Positions 8,415 through 17,895 of a stretch of 64,000 nucleotides of DNA are shown here, piece after piece. Under the pieces are notes generated by a model. That model was not told the origin of the DNA. It did no database searches and was given only the letters and a program-made list of their open reading frames with translations. The stretch spans positions 16,999-80,998 of the forward strand of contig JBIISM010000010.1 of the NCBI GenBank assembly GCA_044341025.1, written 5' to 3'. A program made the position numbers and the translations under genes. The first letter of the stretch is position 1. Every line of letters begins with the position of its first letter. The stretch comes from Bacteroidia bacterium. GTDB taxonomy: Bacteria > Bacteroidota > Bacteroidia > NS11-12g > UBA955.

Positions 8415-10259
8415 ATGAAGAATACACTGCTTTGTCTATTGACATTGAATTTGTGCGCAGGTGTGTTTGCGCAAACAGTTAAAACCCATTCAGGGATGCA
8501 ATACAAGGGTACCGGAAGTTTTACGGGTTACCGAAACAACCATAAAGATTCTGTTCTTTTTTCAGCCCCTATGGGCATTGAAGTAGATACCACAGGTAGG
8601 TTGTATGTTTCCAATGAGCATAATATTTTTTGGATTCAAGGAACGGCGGCATTTTTAGCGGCGGGTTATTCACTGGATCCTACAAATCCTGGTGCTGCAG
8701 ATTCAAAAGATGCAGCCGGTTCTGTAGCCCGCTTTTCCCGACCTGCAGGAATGGCAATCAATCCGAGCACCAACGAAATGATGATTTGCGACCAAGACAA
8801 CAACCAAATTCGCAAAATGGAAAAGTACATCAACAATGCAACCCAACAAATAGTTACCACGTTTGCCGGTGTTAAATTGTTAAATGGTGCTCACCTCGAT
8901 GGCGCAAAAGCATCAGCTAAGTTTAATGGGCCTAATGGTATTGCAATTGCAGCCAATGGCGACATGTATGTGGCCGATAGAAACAACCACGTTATCCGTA
9001 AAATTTCAGGCGGCAATGTAACAACCATTGCCGGCTTGTCTGGTACTTCAGGCAATACAAACGGCACCGGTTCTGCGGCCCGTTTTGCGGCGCCTTTTAA
9101 TGTTTGTATAGACGGCAACGATTTGTTGGTAGCCGATTATGGCAACAGCGCCATTAGGAAAATTAACCTGTCTACATTCGCAGTAACCGATTTGATTACC
9201 AGTGGTTTGTTTGGACCTAGAGACTTATGTAAAGTTGGTTCAGTCTTATACATCGCCGAAGGCTTATGTGTTAAGCGCTACGAAAGTGGATTGCTAAGCC
9301 TATATGTTGGAAGCAATTCCCAACAAGGGTATGTAAATGCCGATGGATCAGCTGCCCGTTTTGAAGACATCACGGGTATTGTTTACCATTCTAAATTGAA
9401 CATGTTATACGTTGTAGACATGGGCAACAACGTGGTAAGAAGCATAAGTCCTAATGCCCGTCCTGTATGCAGTTTTACAGCATCTACAACTTCTGCAACC
9501 AAAGGTCAAACAGTTATTCTAAGCAATACCAGCACCAACGGTGCTAAAACGTTTAAATGGACCATTAGTCCTTCAACTTATACGCTGCTAAACAACACAA
9601 GGTTAACTGACAGTGTTGTTTATTTGTCTTTTTCACAAACAGGAACGTATTCAGTGAAACTATGGGTTAGCAACCAATCGGGGGCTGATTCTTTGTTAAA
9701 AAGCAACCATATTGTTATCAGTGCAGTTACAGCGCCACCTGTGGTTGATTTCTCGGCAAGCAAAACCAATCCTATAAGCAACGAGGTCATCAGTTTAATC
9801 GACTTGTCAACCAATACCCCAACATCTTGGAAATGGAGAATTAGTCCAGGTGATTTTATTTGGATGAATGGAACAGATTCTACGAGTAAAATTCCAAATG
9901 TTAAATTCACCAATGGGAATAATTTTACAATTACATTAATTGCCTCCAACGTTGAAGGAAGTAATTATTTAACCAAGGTAGATTACATTAAGGTAAACGG
10001 ATCTTCAATCAGTGCTTTTTCTCACAGCGATGTGTTTGCTTCATATCCAAATCCAGCCAACACAGTGTTGAACATCAATGCCTATTCAAAAGGCAGGGTT
10101 CAGGTATTGGATGCTTATGGACGTGTTGTAGAAACACTCAATGTTGAAGCAGGTTTAACTGAAATCAATACCAGCAGCTTCAGCAATGGCGCTTATTTTA
10201 TTCAATTCATTAACGAAAACGGGATTTATTCAGAAAGAATCATCGTAAATCATAATTAA
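8415..10259 (+). CDS. secreted NHL-repeat / PKD-domain protein with a T9SS C-terminal sorting domain
   Basis: The start was set at the internal ATG that gives a signal peptide (MKNTLLCLLTLNLCAGVFAQ). Repeated ...GIAIAANGDMYVADRNNHVIRKI... NHL-like blades are present. The C-terminus (YPNPANTVLNINAYSKGRVQVLDAYGRVV...) is typical of a T9SS CTD. Confidence 0.7.
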   Translation: MKNTLLCLLTLNLCAGVFAQTVKTHSGMQYKGTGSFTGYRNNHKDSVLFSAPMGIEVDTTGRLYVSNEHNIFWIQGTAAFLAAGYSLDPTNPGAADSKDAAGSVARFSRPAGMAINPSTNEMMICDQDNNQIRKMEKYINNATQQIVTTFAGVKLLNGAHLDGAKASAKFNGPNGIAIAANGDMYVADRNNHVIRKISGGNVTTIAGLSGTSGNTNGTGSAARFAAPFNVCIDGNDLLVADYGNSAIRKINLSTFAVTDLITSGLFGPRDLCKVGSVLYIAEGLCVKRYESGLLSLYVGSNSQQGYVNADGSAARFEDITGIVYHSKLNMLYVVDMGNNVVRSISPNARPVCSFTASTTSATKGQTVILSNTSTNGAKTFKWTISPSTYTLLNNTRLTDSVVYLSFSQTGTYSVKLWVSNQSGADSLLKSNHIVISAVTAPPVVDFSASKTNPISNEVISLIDLSTNTPTSWKWRISPGDFIWMNGTDSTSKIPNVKFTNGNNFTITLIASNVEGSNYLTKVDYIKVNGSSISAFSHSDVFASYPNPANTVLNINAYSKGRVQVLDAYGRVVETLNVEAGLTEINTSSFSNGAYFIQFINENGIYSERIIVNHN

Positions 10260-10280
10260 TTCGTAAATTTATGATAAACT

Positions 10281-11993
10281 ATGATGACCCAAGATAATGC
10301 CCTGGCAATTTTAAAATCAGGCAAAAACGTCTTCTTAACCGGATCTGCCGGTGCCGGAAAAACATACGTACTCAATCAGTACATCGATTATTTGAAAACC
10401 TGTGGGGTGCCCGTGGCTGTAACAGCATCCACAGGTATTGCAGCAACCCATATGAATGGAATGACCATTCACGCTTGGTCTGGAATTGGGGTTAAAGACA
10501 CCCTTGCACCCAAAGACATTGCGGCCATGCGCGAGAAAAAGTATCTAAGCGACAAGCTTGAAGATGCCCAAGTCTTAATTATAGATGAAATCTCAATGTT
10601 GCACAGGCAGCAGCTCGATTTGGTGAACCTGGTGCTCAAGAGTTTTAAAAACAACCACCTCGCTTTTGGCGGTATTCAGGTTGTTTTTTCAGGCGATTTT
10701 TTTCAGCTGCCTCCGGTTGGCAAACCATTTGAAGAACCTAAAGACAAATTCGCATTCATGTCTGCGGCATGGCAAGAGGCTGAACCTTGTATCTGTTACA
10801 TCAGCGAACAGCACCGTCAGTCTGACAATACCTTAAATAAAATATTGAACAGCATGCGCAACGGCAATCCTGAGGGCGAAGAACTCAAGGCGCTAGAGTC
10901 GAGCATGCAAAGAAAAGCAAAAGACAGTTCTTTGCTCACCCGCTTGTATACGCACAACCATGATGTTGATCGCTTGAACATCGATTACCTCAGACAATTG
11001 CCAGATGAAGCCAAAATGTTTAAGGCAGAAATGAAAGGCAGCGATGCTTTAAAGGATATGTTGCGCAAATCGATACTGACCGATGAAAATTTAGAATTGA
11101 GAAAAGGTGCCCGCGTGATGTTTATTAAAAACAATTACGAGAAAGGGTATATGAATGGCACCACTGGTGAAATTACGGGGTTTAACGACAAAGGTTTTCC
11201 TTGGGTCAAGATTAAGTCGGGGATAAAAATCTTGGCTGAACCAGAAGATTGGAGCATACAAGATGACAAAGGCAAAACCTTGGCTTCCTTTAAACAAATA
11301 CCCTTGCGTTTGGCTTGGGCCATTACCATACATAAGAGCCAAGGAATGACTTTAGATGAAGCCATAGTGGATTTGGGTAAGACCTTTGAAAAAGGTCAGG
11401 GCTATGTGGCCTTAAGTAGATTGCGCGACCTCGAACATTTATACCTCGAAGGATTTAATAGCCTTGCCTTGCAAGTAGATTCATTGGCTTTAAAGGCGGA
11501 TAAACGTTTCAGAGAGCTGTCTGCCCAAGCCAATGAACGTTGGCCTAAAGAAGAATTAGAAAAACGTTGGGACTTGTTTGTCGAAACCTGCGGGGGAACA
11601 CCTTATGCCAAAGCCATTTCGGAAGGCCTTGGCAAGAAATCAAAAAAAGGAAAGGGTAAAACCAAAGCAGTAAAAGGCAATACCTATGAAGAGACGGCTG
11701 AATTGGTGGCCAAACGATTAAGCATTGAAAGTATAGCCGCGCACAGAGGCATCAGCGCCAATACAATATTAAGCCATTTAACCAAACTCAAGGTAAGCCA
11801 TGAAGATTTGGATTTCTCGCACCTAAAACCCGAAAAATCGCACATTAAATTGGTGGAAGCTGCTATTGAAAAACTAAGCCATAAAAGCGGACAAAAAGCA
11901 GAGAAGTTGGCCTTAAATCCAATTCACAACGAACTAAAAGGTAAGCTAAGTTTTGACGAAATTCGTTTGGTGTTATTGTTTATTGATCTTTAA
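10281..11993 (+). CDS. PIF1/RecD-like ATP-dependent DNA helicase with a C-terminal HTH-like tail
   Basis: Walker A LTGSAGAGKTY is present. IIDEISMLHRQQ matches a Walker B / DExx-type box. Overall similarity is to Bacteroidetes PIF1-family helicases. Confidence 0.8.
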   Translation: MMTQDNALAILKSGKNVFLTGSAGAGKTYVLNQYIDYLKTCGVPVAVTASTGIAATHMNGMTIHAWSGIGVKDTLAPKDIAAMREKKYLSDKLEDAQVLIIDEISMLHRQQLDLVNLVLKSFKNNHLAFGGIQVVFSGDFFQLPPVGKPFEEPKDKFAFMSAAWQEAEPCICYISEQHRQSDNTLNKILNSMRNGNPEGEELKALESSMQRKAKDSSLLTRLYTHNHDVDRLNIDYLRQLPDEAKMFKAEMKGSDALKDMLRKSILTDENLELRKGARVMFIKNNYEKGYMNGTTGEITGFNDKGFPWVKIKSGIKILAEPEDWSIQDDKGKTLASFKQIPLRLAWAITIHKSQGMTLDEAIVDLGKTFEKGQGYVALSRLRDLEHLYLEGFNSLALQVDSLALKADKRFRELSAQANERWPKEELEKRWDLFVETCGGTPYAKAISEGLGKKSKKGKGKTKAVKGNTYEETAELVAKRLSIESIAAHRGISANTILSHLTKLKVSHEDLDFSHLKPEKSHIKLVEAAIEKLSHKSGQKAEKLALNPIHNELKGKLSFDEIRLVLLFIDL

Positions 11994-13394
11994 ACTGTAA
12001 ATGCGTATTGCAGAATCGTTGTATACTTCTTTGTAAGGCAATAGCAAATCATCACCAAAAACATGTTTCATGACCACAATATTTTTCAGTCCTAAGTGAA
12101 CCAAAGAATCTACATACTTAGGGTTTTGAATTTGACCATTGAAAGCCACCCAACCTTTTCGGTGAGTAAAATACAAAGGCGTAGGGTAGGCGCCACTGTT
12201 AATTAAGGTGAGCTCGTTGGGGCTACTCACTTTGTCCATGGCTGTTTCTAAGCTAAGAATGGGTTTGTAGTTTTCGCGCAACACAAAGTCGTCGATATGG
12301 TTTAAAGTTCCTTCAATACCAATGCAAACCAAGACCACCTTAACTACAATTTTATTTTTAATTTCAGCAATGCCATACCCACTCAAGAGCGCCATAATGG
12401 GAGCAAAAGGAATAATGTAATAGGAGTGGTGGTAAAAGGTAAAACCACCCTTTAACATAATGGGTAAAAAGCCTAAGAAACCTAATGAAAGAATATAGAC
12501 AATTTTTTTGTTTTTGTTTGAAATGGCTTTATACAATCCAAACAATAAGAAGGCAAACGCTATGAATTTTAAGGCTACTTCGTAGAATTTGCTTAAAGTC
12601 TGGTCCATGTGCAACCACAATTCGCCTGCCCCTATGCGCATGCTTTTGCCCATGAAAAAATGTTTGAGTTTGTAAGTCTCATTTAAATAGGGTACCCAAA
12701 GGTAATACCAGGTCATGCAAATGGATAAAGTTACAATTGAAGAAACTGCAAATATGGCTTTGTTTTTAAAAACTAAAGATTTGTCAAGAAATGGTTGTAT
12801 CAACAATATGAGCAAATATGCAGAAGGCATTTTACTCAAGGTTCCCAGGCCAAGAAACAGGAGGTATAGACTGATGTTTTTGATTTTTAGTGTTTTAAAA
12901 TATTCCAAGGCATGCCAGAGTGCAAACAAAATCAAAGACAATGAAAAAGTGTCGGGCATTATCTTTCGGGAGTAGGTAAACCAAATCGAAAACAATAAAA
13001 CGATGCTGGCATTAAAGGCCACCTTCTCATCAAAATAAGATTTTGCCAGTTTGTAAAAATAAAAGAGACCAAAGCTTGAAATGGCAAGAACAATAAGGCG
13101 TCCATACCAATGCTGGTAGCCAAAGACAAGAGAAAAAAGATAACACAGGTAATTCAACAAAGGGAATTCCATACCTGTAATGCCAGTCAATTCGCCAGAA
13201 ATATCCAAACGTGGATAGAATGGATTGGCATCAATCTCTAAAAAATTGCGTGCCACCATGGTAACGGTGGTTTGTCGCCAATTATGTGAAATGTCAATGG
13301 GCGGAAACCAAATGCCATACAACCTTGCAATGAAAAACAAAACAATCCAAAACCGGATATCTTTCAAGTAAGCGAAGGTTTTATTCTTAAACAT
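11973..13394 (-). CDS. polytopic membrane glycosyltransferase (GT39 / ArnT / PMT_2-like)
   Basis: About 12 predicted TM segments are present. The N-terminal loop carries ...HNWRQTTVTMVARNF... after the first TM, as in ArnT/PMT-type glycosyltransferases. Confidence 0.5.
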   Translation of the reverse strand: MFKNKTFAYLKDIRFWIVLFFIARLYGIWFPPIDISHNWRQTTVTMVARNFLEIDANPFYPRLDISGELTGITGMEFPLLNYLCYLFSLVFGYQHWYGRLIVLAISSFGLFYFYKLAKSYFDEKVAFNASIVLLFSIWFTYSRKIMPDTFSLSLILFALWHALEYFKTLKIKNISLYLLFLGLGTLSKMPSAYLLILLIQPFLDKSLVFKNKAIFAVSSIVTLSICMTWYYLWVPYLNETYKLKHFFMGKSMRIGAGELWLHMDQTLSKFYEVALKFIAFAFLLFGLYKAISNKNKKIVYILSLGFLGFLPIMLKGGFTFYHHSYYIIPFAPIMALLSGYGIAEIKNKIVVKVVLVCIGIEGTLNHIDDFVLRENYKPILSLETAMDKVSSPNELTLINSGAYPTPLYFTHRKGWVAFNGQIQNPKYVDSLVHLGLKNIVVMKHVFGDDLLLPYKEVYNDSAIRIYSLKINKQ

Positions 13395-13440
13395 TGAGCG
13401 TGCAAACTTAATTTAAAAAAGTTAGAAAACGGAGGGGTCA

Positions 13441-13560
13441 AGAATGGGATAGGGTCCCAGTAGCAGAGACTACACTCCCCATGTCAGAATTCGCTCAAAG
13501 CCGCGAATACGACAGAGGGCAGGTCGTTCCGTCACGCTACGGGATGAATCTAGGGGATAG
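13441..13560. repeat. reverse-orientation copy of the hairpin core with an internal ~45-bp insertion, flanked by GGGATAGGG boxes
   Basis: GGGATAGGGTCCCAGTAGCAGAGACT...GTCACGCTACGGGATGAATCTAGGGGATAGGG is the reverse complement of the CATCCCGTAGCGTGACG...CTGCTACTGGGATC core. Confidence 0.6.
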
Positions 13561-13604
13561 GGTATAGTTTTTTCGATAATGCTTCATGTTTTCGTTTTAT
13601 AACA

Positions 13605-13716
13605 ATTAAACCCCAGCGGGGTGACACATTTGTAATATGGAAACAAAACAAGCCGTTGAACCCTGTAGGGGTGACACATTTGTAGAAGGTGACACATTTG
13701 TAGGATGACACATTTC
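13605..13716. repeat. four direct repeats of GTGACACATTTGTA, the first two each preceded by a small GC mini-hairpin (CCCCAGCGGGG, CCCTGTAGGGG)
   Basis: Read directly from the sequence. Copies begin at about 13621, 13671, 13689 and 13706. Confidence 0.6.
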
Positions 13717-13736
13717 CCCAAAAAAAAACAAACCAA

Positions 13737-13894
13737 ACGAAATACCTCGCCCCGATGGGAGTGGCAGCCCTGTGCGGATTTGTGGCAATGCAACTGCGTG
13801 TTTTAATAGGCGAGCGGCAGTAAGCCAAAGAAAACACAAGCAGATGCTGACATAAACAAACAGGCTATAGCGCACAGCGGGAAATGGCGACACT
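13737..13894 (+). repeat. conserved ~158-nt element, copy 1 (candidate ncRNA, cis-regulatory leader or MITE interior)
   Basis: About 80% identical to 57666-57824 in the same orientation. Both begin ACGAAAT(A/G)CCTCGCCCCGATGGGAG(T/C)GGCAGCCCTGTG and end CAGCGGGAAA..GCGAC.ACT. Confidence 0.55.
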
Positions 13895-13919
13895 AAATTC
13901 ATTATCTTTGCCCCTTACC

Positions 13920-14927
13920 ATGAAAGAAACCAACGGCTTGCGGCTTAATAAATTTATCAGTGAAAGCGGTCTTTGCTCGCGCAGAGAAGCCGATAGATTT
14001 ATCCTCAATGGCAATGTGTTTATCAATGGTAAAAAAGCTACTGTAGGTGATCAGGTAAAAATTGGCGACCGTGTGCGGGTAAATGGCAATGAACTTGAAC
14101 CCCGTTCTGGTGAAGATGTTATTTTTATTGCGCTCAACAAACCGCCGGGAATAACTTCAACAACAGAGGATGCAGTTCGCGACAACATTGTTCATTTTGT
14201 GAACCACAGCAAACGTATATTTCCAATTGGCCGTTTGGATAAAGACTCACAAGGCCTCATATTTTTAACCAATAACGGCGACTTGGTGAACAAGATACTG
14301 CGCGCCGGCAATAAACACGAAAAGGAATATCTTGTAAGCGTTGACAAACCATTGACGGATGCCGTCATTGAAGGGATGGCCAATGGGGTTCCTATGTTGG
14401 GCGTTACCACCAAAAAGTGTAAAATTGTTAAAGAATCTTCACACGTTTTTCGCATTGTTTTGGTGCAAGGTCTTAACCGACAAATTCGCCGCATGTGTGA
14501 ATTTTATAATTACGAAGTGGTAAAACTTGAGCGCACGCGTATAATGAACATCGGTTTAAAAGGTTTGCCTCTCGGCGATTGGCGCGATTTAACAGAAGCT
14601 GAGTTGGCCGTTATATACAGCATGATTGAAAAATCATCTTCCGAAGATGAGAAAAAAATGAAGCCAAAAGATGAAGTAAAAGCAAAGGCAAAAGCTGCCG
14701 CGCCTAGAAGGCCTCATTACAGCAAACATGAGTCTCCGAAAGGCAAGCCAAGCAGCCATTCGCCGACAAACCGCTTCGACAAATCAGGCAAATCATCGGC
14801 ACCCTCCAAAGGAAAATTTGCTTCAAAACCAGGTGCTAAGTCTGGCGGCAAACCTGGGTCAAAACCAGGCGGCAAAAGCTCTGGTCGTTCGGCACCCAAA
14901 AGTGGTGGTGGCAGACGCGGCCGTTAA
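13920..14927 (+). CDS. RsuA/RluB-family 23S rRNA pseudouridine synthase with a ~100-aa K/G/S/P-rich C-terminal tail
   Basis: An S4 domain ([22 protein letters not shown]) and the catalytic core ([12 protein letters not shown]) are present. The start was moved from 13884 to the ATG at 13920 because 13884 lies inside the conserved repeat element. Confidence 0.75.
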   Translation: MKETNGLRLNKFISESGLCSRREADRFILNGNVFINGKKATVGDQVKIGDRVRVNGNELEPRSGEDVIFIALNKPPGITSTTEDAVRDNIVHFVNHSKRIFPIGRLDKDSQGLIFLTNNGDLVNKILRAGNKHEKEYLVSVDKPLTDAVIEGMANGVPMLGVTTKKCKIVKESSHVFRIVLVQGLNRQIRRMCEFYNYEVVKLERTRIMNIGLKGLPLGDWRDLTEAELAVIYSMIEKSSSEDEKKMKPKDEVKAKAKAAAPRRPHYSKHESPKGKPSSHSPTNRFDKSGKSSAPSKGKFASKPGAKSGGKPGSKPGGKSSGRSAPKSGGGRRGR

Positions 14928-15013
14928 GCTTTCGTTTTTTCGTCTTGTTTTCTTGGCACTACGTGTCTAAAGTCTTCGACCTTTCAAGGAAAAAAACATA
15001 TTTTTGCAGTGAG

Positions 15014-17656
15014 ATGGAATTAGACAAGCATTACAACCCTGCAGCAGTAGAAGACAAATGGTATCAATATTGGATGGACAAAGGATTTTTTGATTCTGTC
15101 CCTGATGAGCGCGAACCATTTACCATTGTCATTCCGCCGCCAAATGTAACAGGTGTTTTGCACATGGGCCATATGTTGAACAATACCATCCAAGATGTAT
15201 TGATCCGCAAAGCCCGTATGGAAGGCAAAAATGCTTGTTGGGTGCCGGGAACCGATCATGCCAGTATCGCTACTGAAGCCAAAGTGGTTAAAATGTTGGC
15301 TGAAAAAGGCATACAAAAGAAAGACATCAGCCGTGATGAATTCTTAGGCCATGCCTGGGATTGGACCAATAAATATGGCGGAATAATACTTGAACAGTTG
15401 AAAAAACTGGGAGCCAGTTGCGATTGGAAACGCACCCGCTTTACCATGGAAGAGGAACTGAGCAATGCAGTAAGCTCTGTTTTTGTAAAAATGTACCGCG
15501 ATGGATTAATTTACCGTGGCACCAAGATGGTTAACTGGGATCCTGCCGGCAAAACCACCTTGAGCGACGAAGAAGTTATATTTAAAGAGAACAATGGTCA
15601 ATTGTTTTATACCGTTTATCCCTTTACCCAAGACACCATTGACGCTTGCCATCCAAGCGAAAAAGGTTTGATTGTTGCAACCACTCGGCCAGAAACTTTG
15701 ATGGGCGACGTGGCCATATGTGTGCACCCTGAAGACGAACGCTACAAACACTTAATTGGAAAAACTGTTATAGTGCCGATGGTTAACCGTGTGGTTCCGA
15801 TCATAGCAGACGATTACATCGATATGGAATTTGGTACTGGTTGCTTAAAGGTTACCCCAGCCCACGATGAAAACGATTATAGAATTGGTGAGAAACATAA
15901 ATTAGAGGCCATAGATGTGTTAACCGATGAGGGTAAAATACACGAAAGGGCGGGAGTTTATGTGGGGCTCGATCGTTTTGCTTGCCGCAAACAAATCGTA
16001 AAAGACCTTGATGAGCAAGGCCTTTTGAACAAGACCGAACAAATTAAAAACACCATCGGTCACAGTGAAAGAACCGATGCGGTAATAGAAAAGAAAATAT
16101 CAACCCAATGGTTTGTGAACATGCAAGAGTTCATGAAACGTTATCCTGAAGTGTTAAGCGATGTAATGAATGATGAGATACAATTTCATCCTGCAAAATT
16201 CAAAAATACCTACAAGCATTGGTTGGAAAATATTAAAGATTGGAACATCAGCCGTCAGTTGTGGTGGGGACACCGCATTCCTGCTTGGTATGACAAGGAC
16301 GGTCACATGGTTGTTGCTGAAAATGAAGCAGAAGCTTTGATGCAAATGCAATCATTGCGTGCAGATATTACGGTTGATGAATTAAGTCAAGATGTGGATG
16401 TATTGGATACTTGGTTTAGCAGCTGGTTGTGGCCAATATCTGTGTTCGACGGATTTAAAGAAGGCGATAAAAAAGACTTTAATTATTATTATCCGACCAA
16501 CGATTTGGTAACGGGTCCAGATATTATATTCTTTTGGGTTGCCCGAATGGTGATGTCAGGTTATGCCTTTACAGGGAAGAAACCATTTAGCAATGTTTAT
16601 TTTACCGGTATCGTACGCGACAAGCAAAGACGTAAGATGAGCAAATCATTGGGCAACAGTCCAGAGCCGCTCGATTTGATTGCTCAATATGGAGCCGATG
16701 GCACCCGTATGGGACTATTGCTTTCAGCACCTGCAGGAAATGATATTTTATACGACGAAAGTCAAATTGAACAAGGAAGAAATTTCTGCAATAAAATTTG
16801 GAATGCGTACCGTTTAATTTCCGGATTAAATACCTGTCCTGATGCACAGGTTTCTGAGTCTATAAAGGCGTCAGACAAATTGGCCAGCGATTGGTTTGAA
16901 ATGCGCTTTCAATTGTCTGTAAATGCCATACACAACGACTTTAAAGAATACAAACTTAGCGATGCATTAATGAACGCTTACAAATTGGTATGGGACGATT
17001 TCTGCTCTTGGTATTTAGAGATGGTAAAACCCATTTTTGGAGAATCGATGTCTGAAACCACCATGCAAACGGTGAAAAATAAATTCGAAAAGGTATTGGC
17101 TTTAATTCATCCGTTTATGCCATTTATTAGCGAAGAGTTACACCATGCATTGCATGAAGGAAAACCAGAAAAAGCGCTAATTGTAAGCGAATATCCAAAG
17201 GCCAAAGAAATATCTGTAGACATTAAAGACAATGCTTTGGTTTTAATTTCTGAAATCAGAAACATTAGAAACAACAAAGGCTTGTCGCCTAAATTGGGCT
17301 TCGATTTAATTGTTAATACCAGCGATGTTGATGCATATAAAGCATGGGAAGGTATTATCTCTAAATTGGCAAACATTAATTCAATCAGCTACAACGAGGC
17401 CAAGCCAGAAAAATGTTTAAGCGCATTGGCTGGTAAGGACGAATTGTTTATTCCATTTGAAGAAGCAATAGATGAAGCCGCCGAGCAAAAGAAGGTAGAG
17501 GAGGAGATTGCGTATTTAAAAGGTTTCTTAAAATCGGTTGATGCAAAACTGAGCAATGAAAAGTTCGTGTCCAATGCCAAACCAGACGTTATAGAAAAAG
17601 AACGCCAGAAAAAAGCGGATGCAGAGGAGAAGATTAAGAAGCTTGGCGGCGCATAA
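15014..17656 (+). CDS. valS: valine--tRNA ligase
   Basis: HMGH and KMSKS class I signatures are present, plus a C-terminal coiled-coil. The start was set at the MELDKHYNP ATG. Confidence 0.9.
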   Translation: MELDKHYNPAAVEDKWYQYWMDKGFFDSVPDEREPFTIVIPPPNVTGVLHMGHMLNNTIQDVLIRKARMEGKNACWVPGTDHASIATEAKVVKMLAEKGIQKKDISRDEFLGHAWDWTNKYGGIILEQLKKLGASCDWKRTRFTMEEELSNAVSSVFVKMYRDGLIYRGTKMVNWDPAGKTTLSDEEVIFKENNGQLFYTVYPFTQDTIDACHPSEKGLIVATTRPETLMGDVAICVHPEDERYKHLIGKTVIVPMVNRVVPIIADDYIDMEFGTGCLKVTPAHDENDYRIGEKHKLEAIDVLTDEGKIHERAGVYVGLDRFACRKQIVKDLDEQGLLNKTEQIKNTIGHSERTDAVIEKKISTQWFVNMQEFMKRYPEVLSDVMNDEIQFHPAKFKNTYKHWLENIKDWNISRQLWWGHRIPAWYDKDGHMVVAENEAEALMQMQSLRADITVDELSQDVDVLDTWFSSWLWPISVFDGFKEGDKKDFNYYYPTNDLVTGPDIIFFWVARMVMSGYAFTGKKPFSNVYFTGIVRDKQRRKMSKSLGNSPEPLDLIAQYGADGTRMGLLLSAPAGNDILYDESQIEQGRNFCNKIWNAYRLISGLNTCPDAQVSESIKASDKLASDWFEMRFQLSVNAIHNDFKEYKLSDALMNAYKLVWDDFCSWYLEMVKPIFGESMSETTMQTVKNKFEKVLALIHPFMPFISEELHHALHEGKPEKALIVSEYPKAKEISVDIKDNALVLISEIRNIRNNKGLSPKLGFDLIVNTSDVDAYKAWEGIISKLANINSISYNEAKPEKCLSALAGKDELFIPFEEAIDEAAEQKKVEEEIAYLKGFLKSVDAKLSNEKFVSNAKPDVIEKERQKKADAEEKIKKLGGA

Positions 17657-17658
17657 TT

Positions 17659-17890
17659 ATAGGGACTAGGGTTTAGCGTCTAGGGTATAGTTTTGTTTTA
17701 AGTAAACTTCAAAATTTCGGAAATAACGGCAAGCCTTATTCGCCAAGGCCTGGGCCTCCGCTAAAGCTTCAGAACATTGCGTAGGGTAGTCGATAATACG
17801 TCAAGATTTCGGTTTTTATCAATTTCTCACTTAATCAATTTATCCATCCCGTTGCGCACGACGAAGGAGTTATGCTTCTGTGATCAGTTT
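17659..17890. repeat. copy of the dispersed composite repeat: TAGGG boxes, an internally duplicated TTCAA(A/G)ATTTCGG segment and a degenerate hairpin core (17845-17886)
   Basis: Similarity to 7141-7320. Lies between the convergent valS and PKD/T9SS genes. Confidence 0.55.
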
Positions 17891-17895
17891 CTCAA

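Noticed and set aside
13550-13902. Three overlapping minus-strand ORFs (13550-13837, 13584-13793, 13606-13902) in the intergenic repeat region
   Set aside because: They lie across the tandem GTGACACATTTGTA repeats and the conserved non-coding element. They overlap each other in different frames and are Cys/His-rich in a way typical of translating repetitive DNA.
14728-14970. 80-codon ORF overlapping the 3' end of the pseudouridine synthase gene in another frame
   Set aside because: It is an alternate-frame read of the low-complexity K/G/S/P-coding repeat region. It has no independent support.
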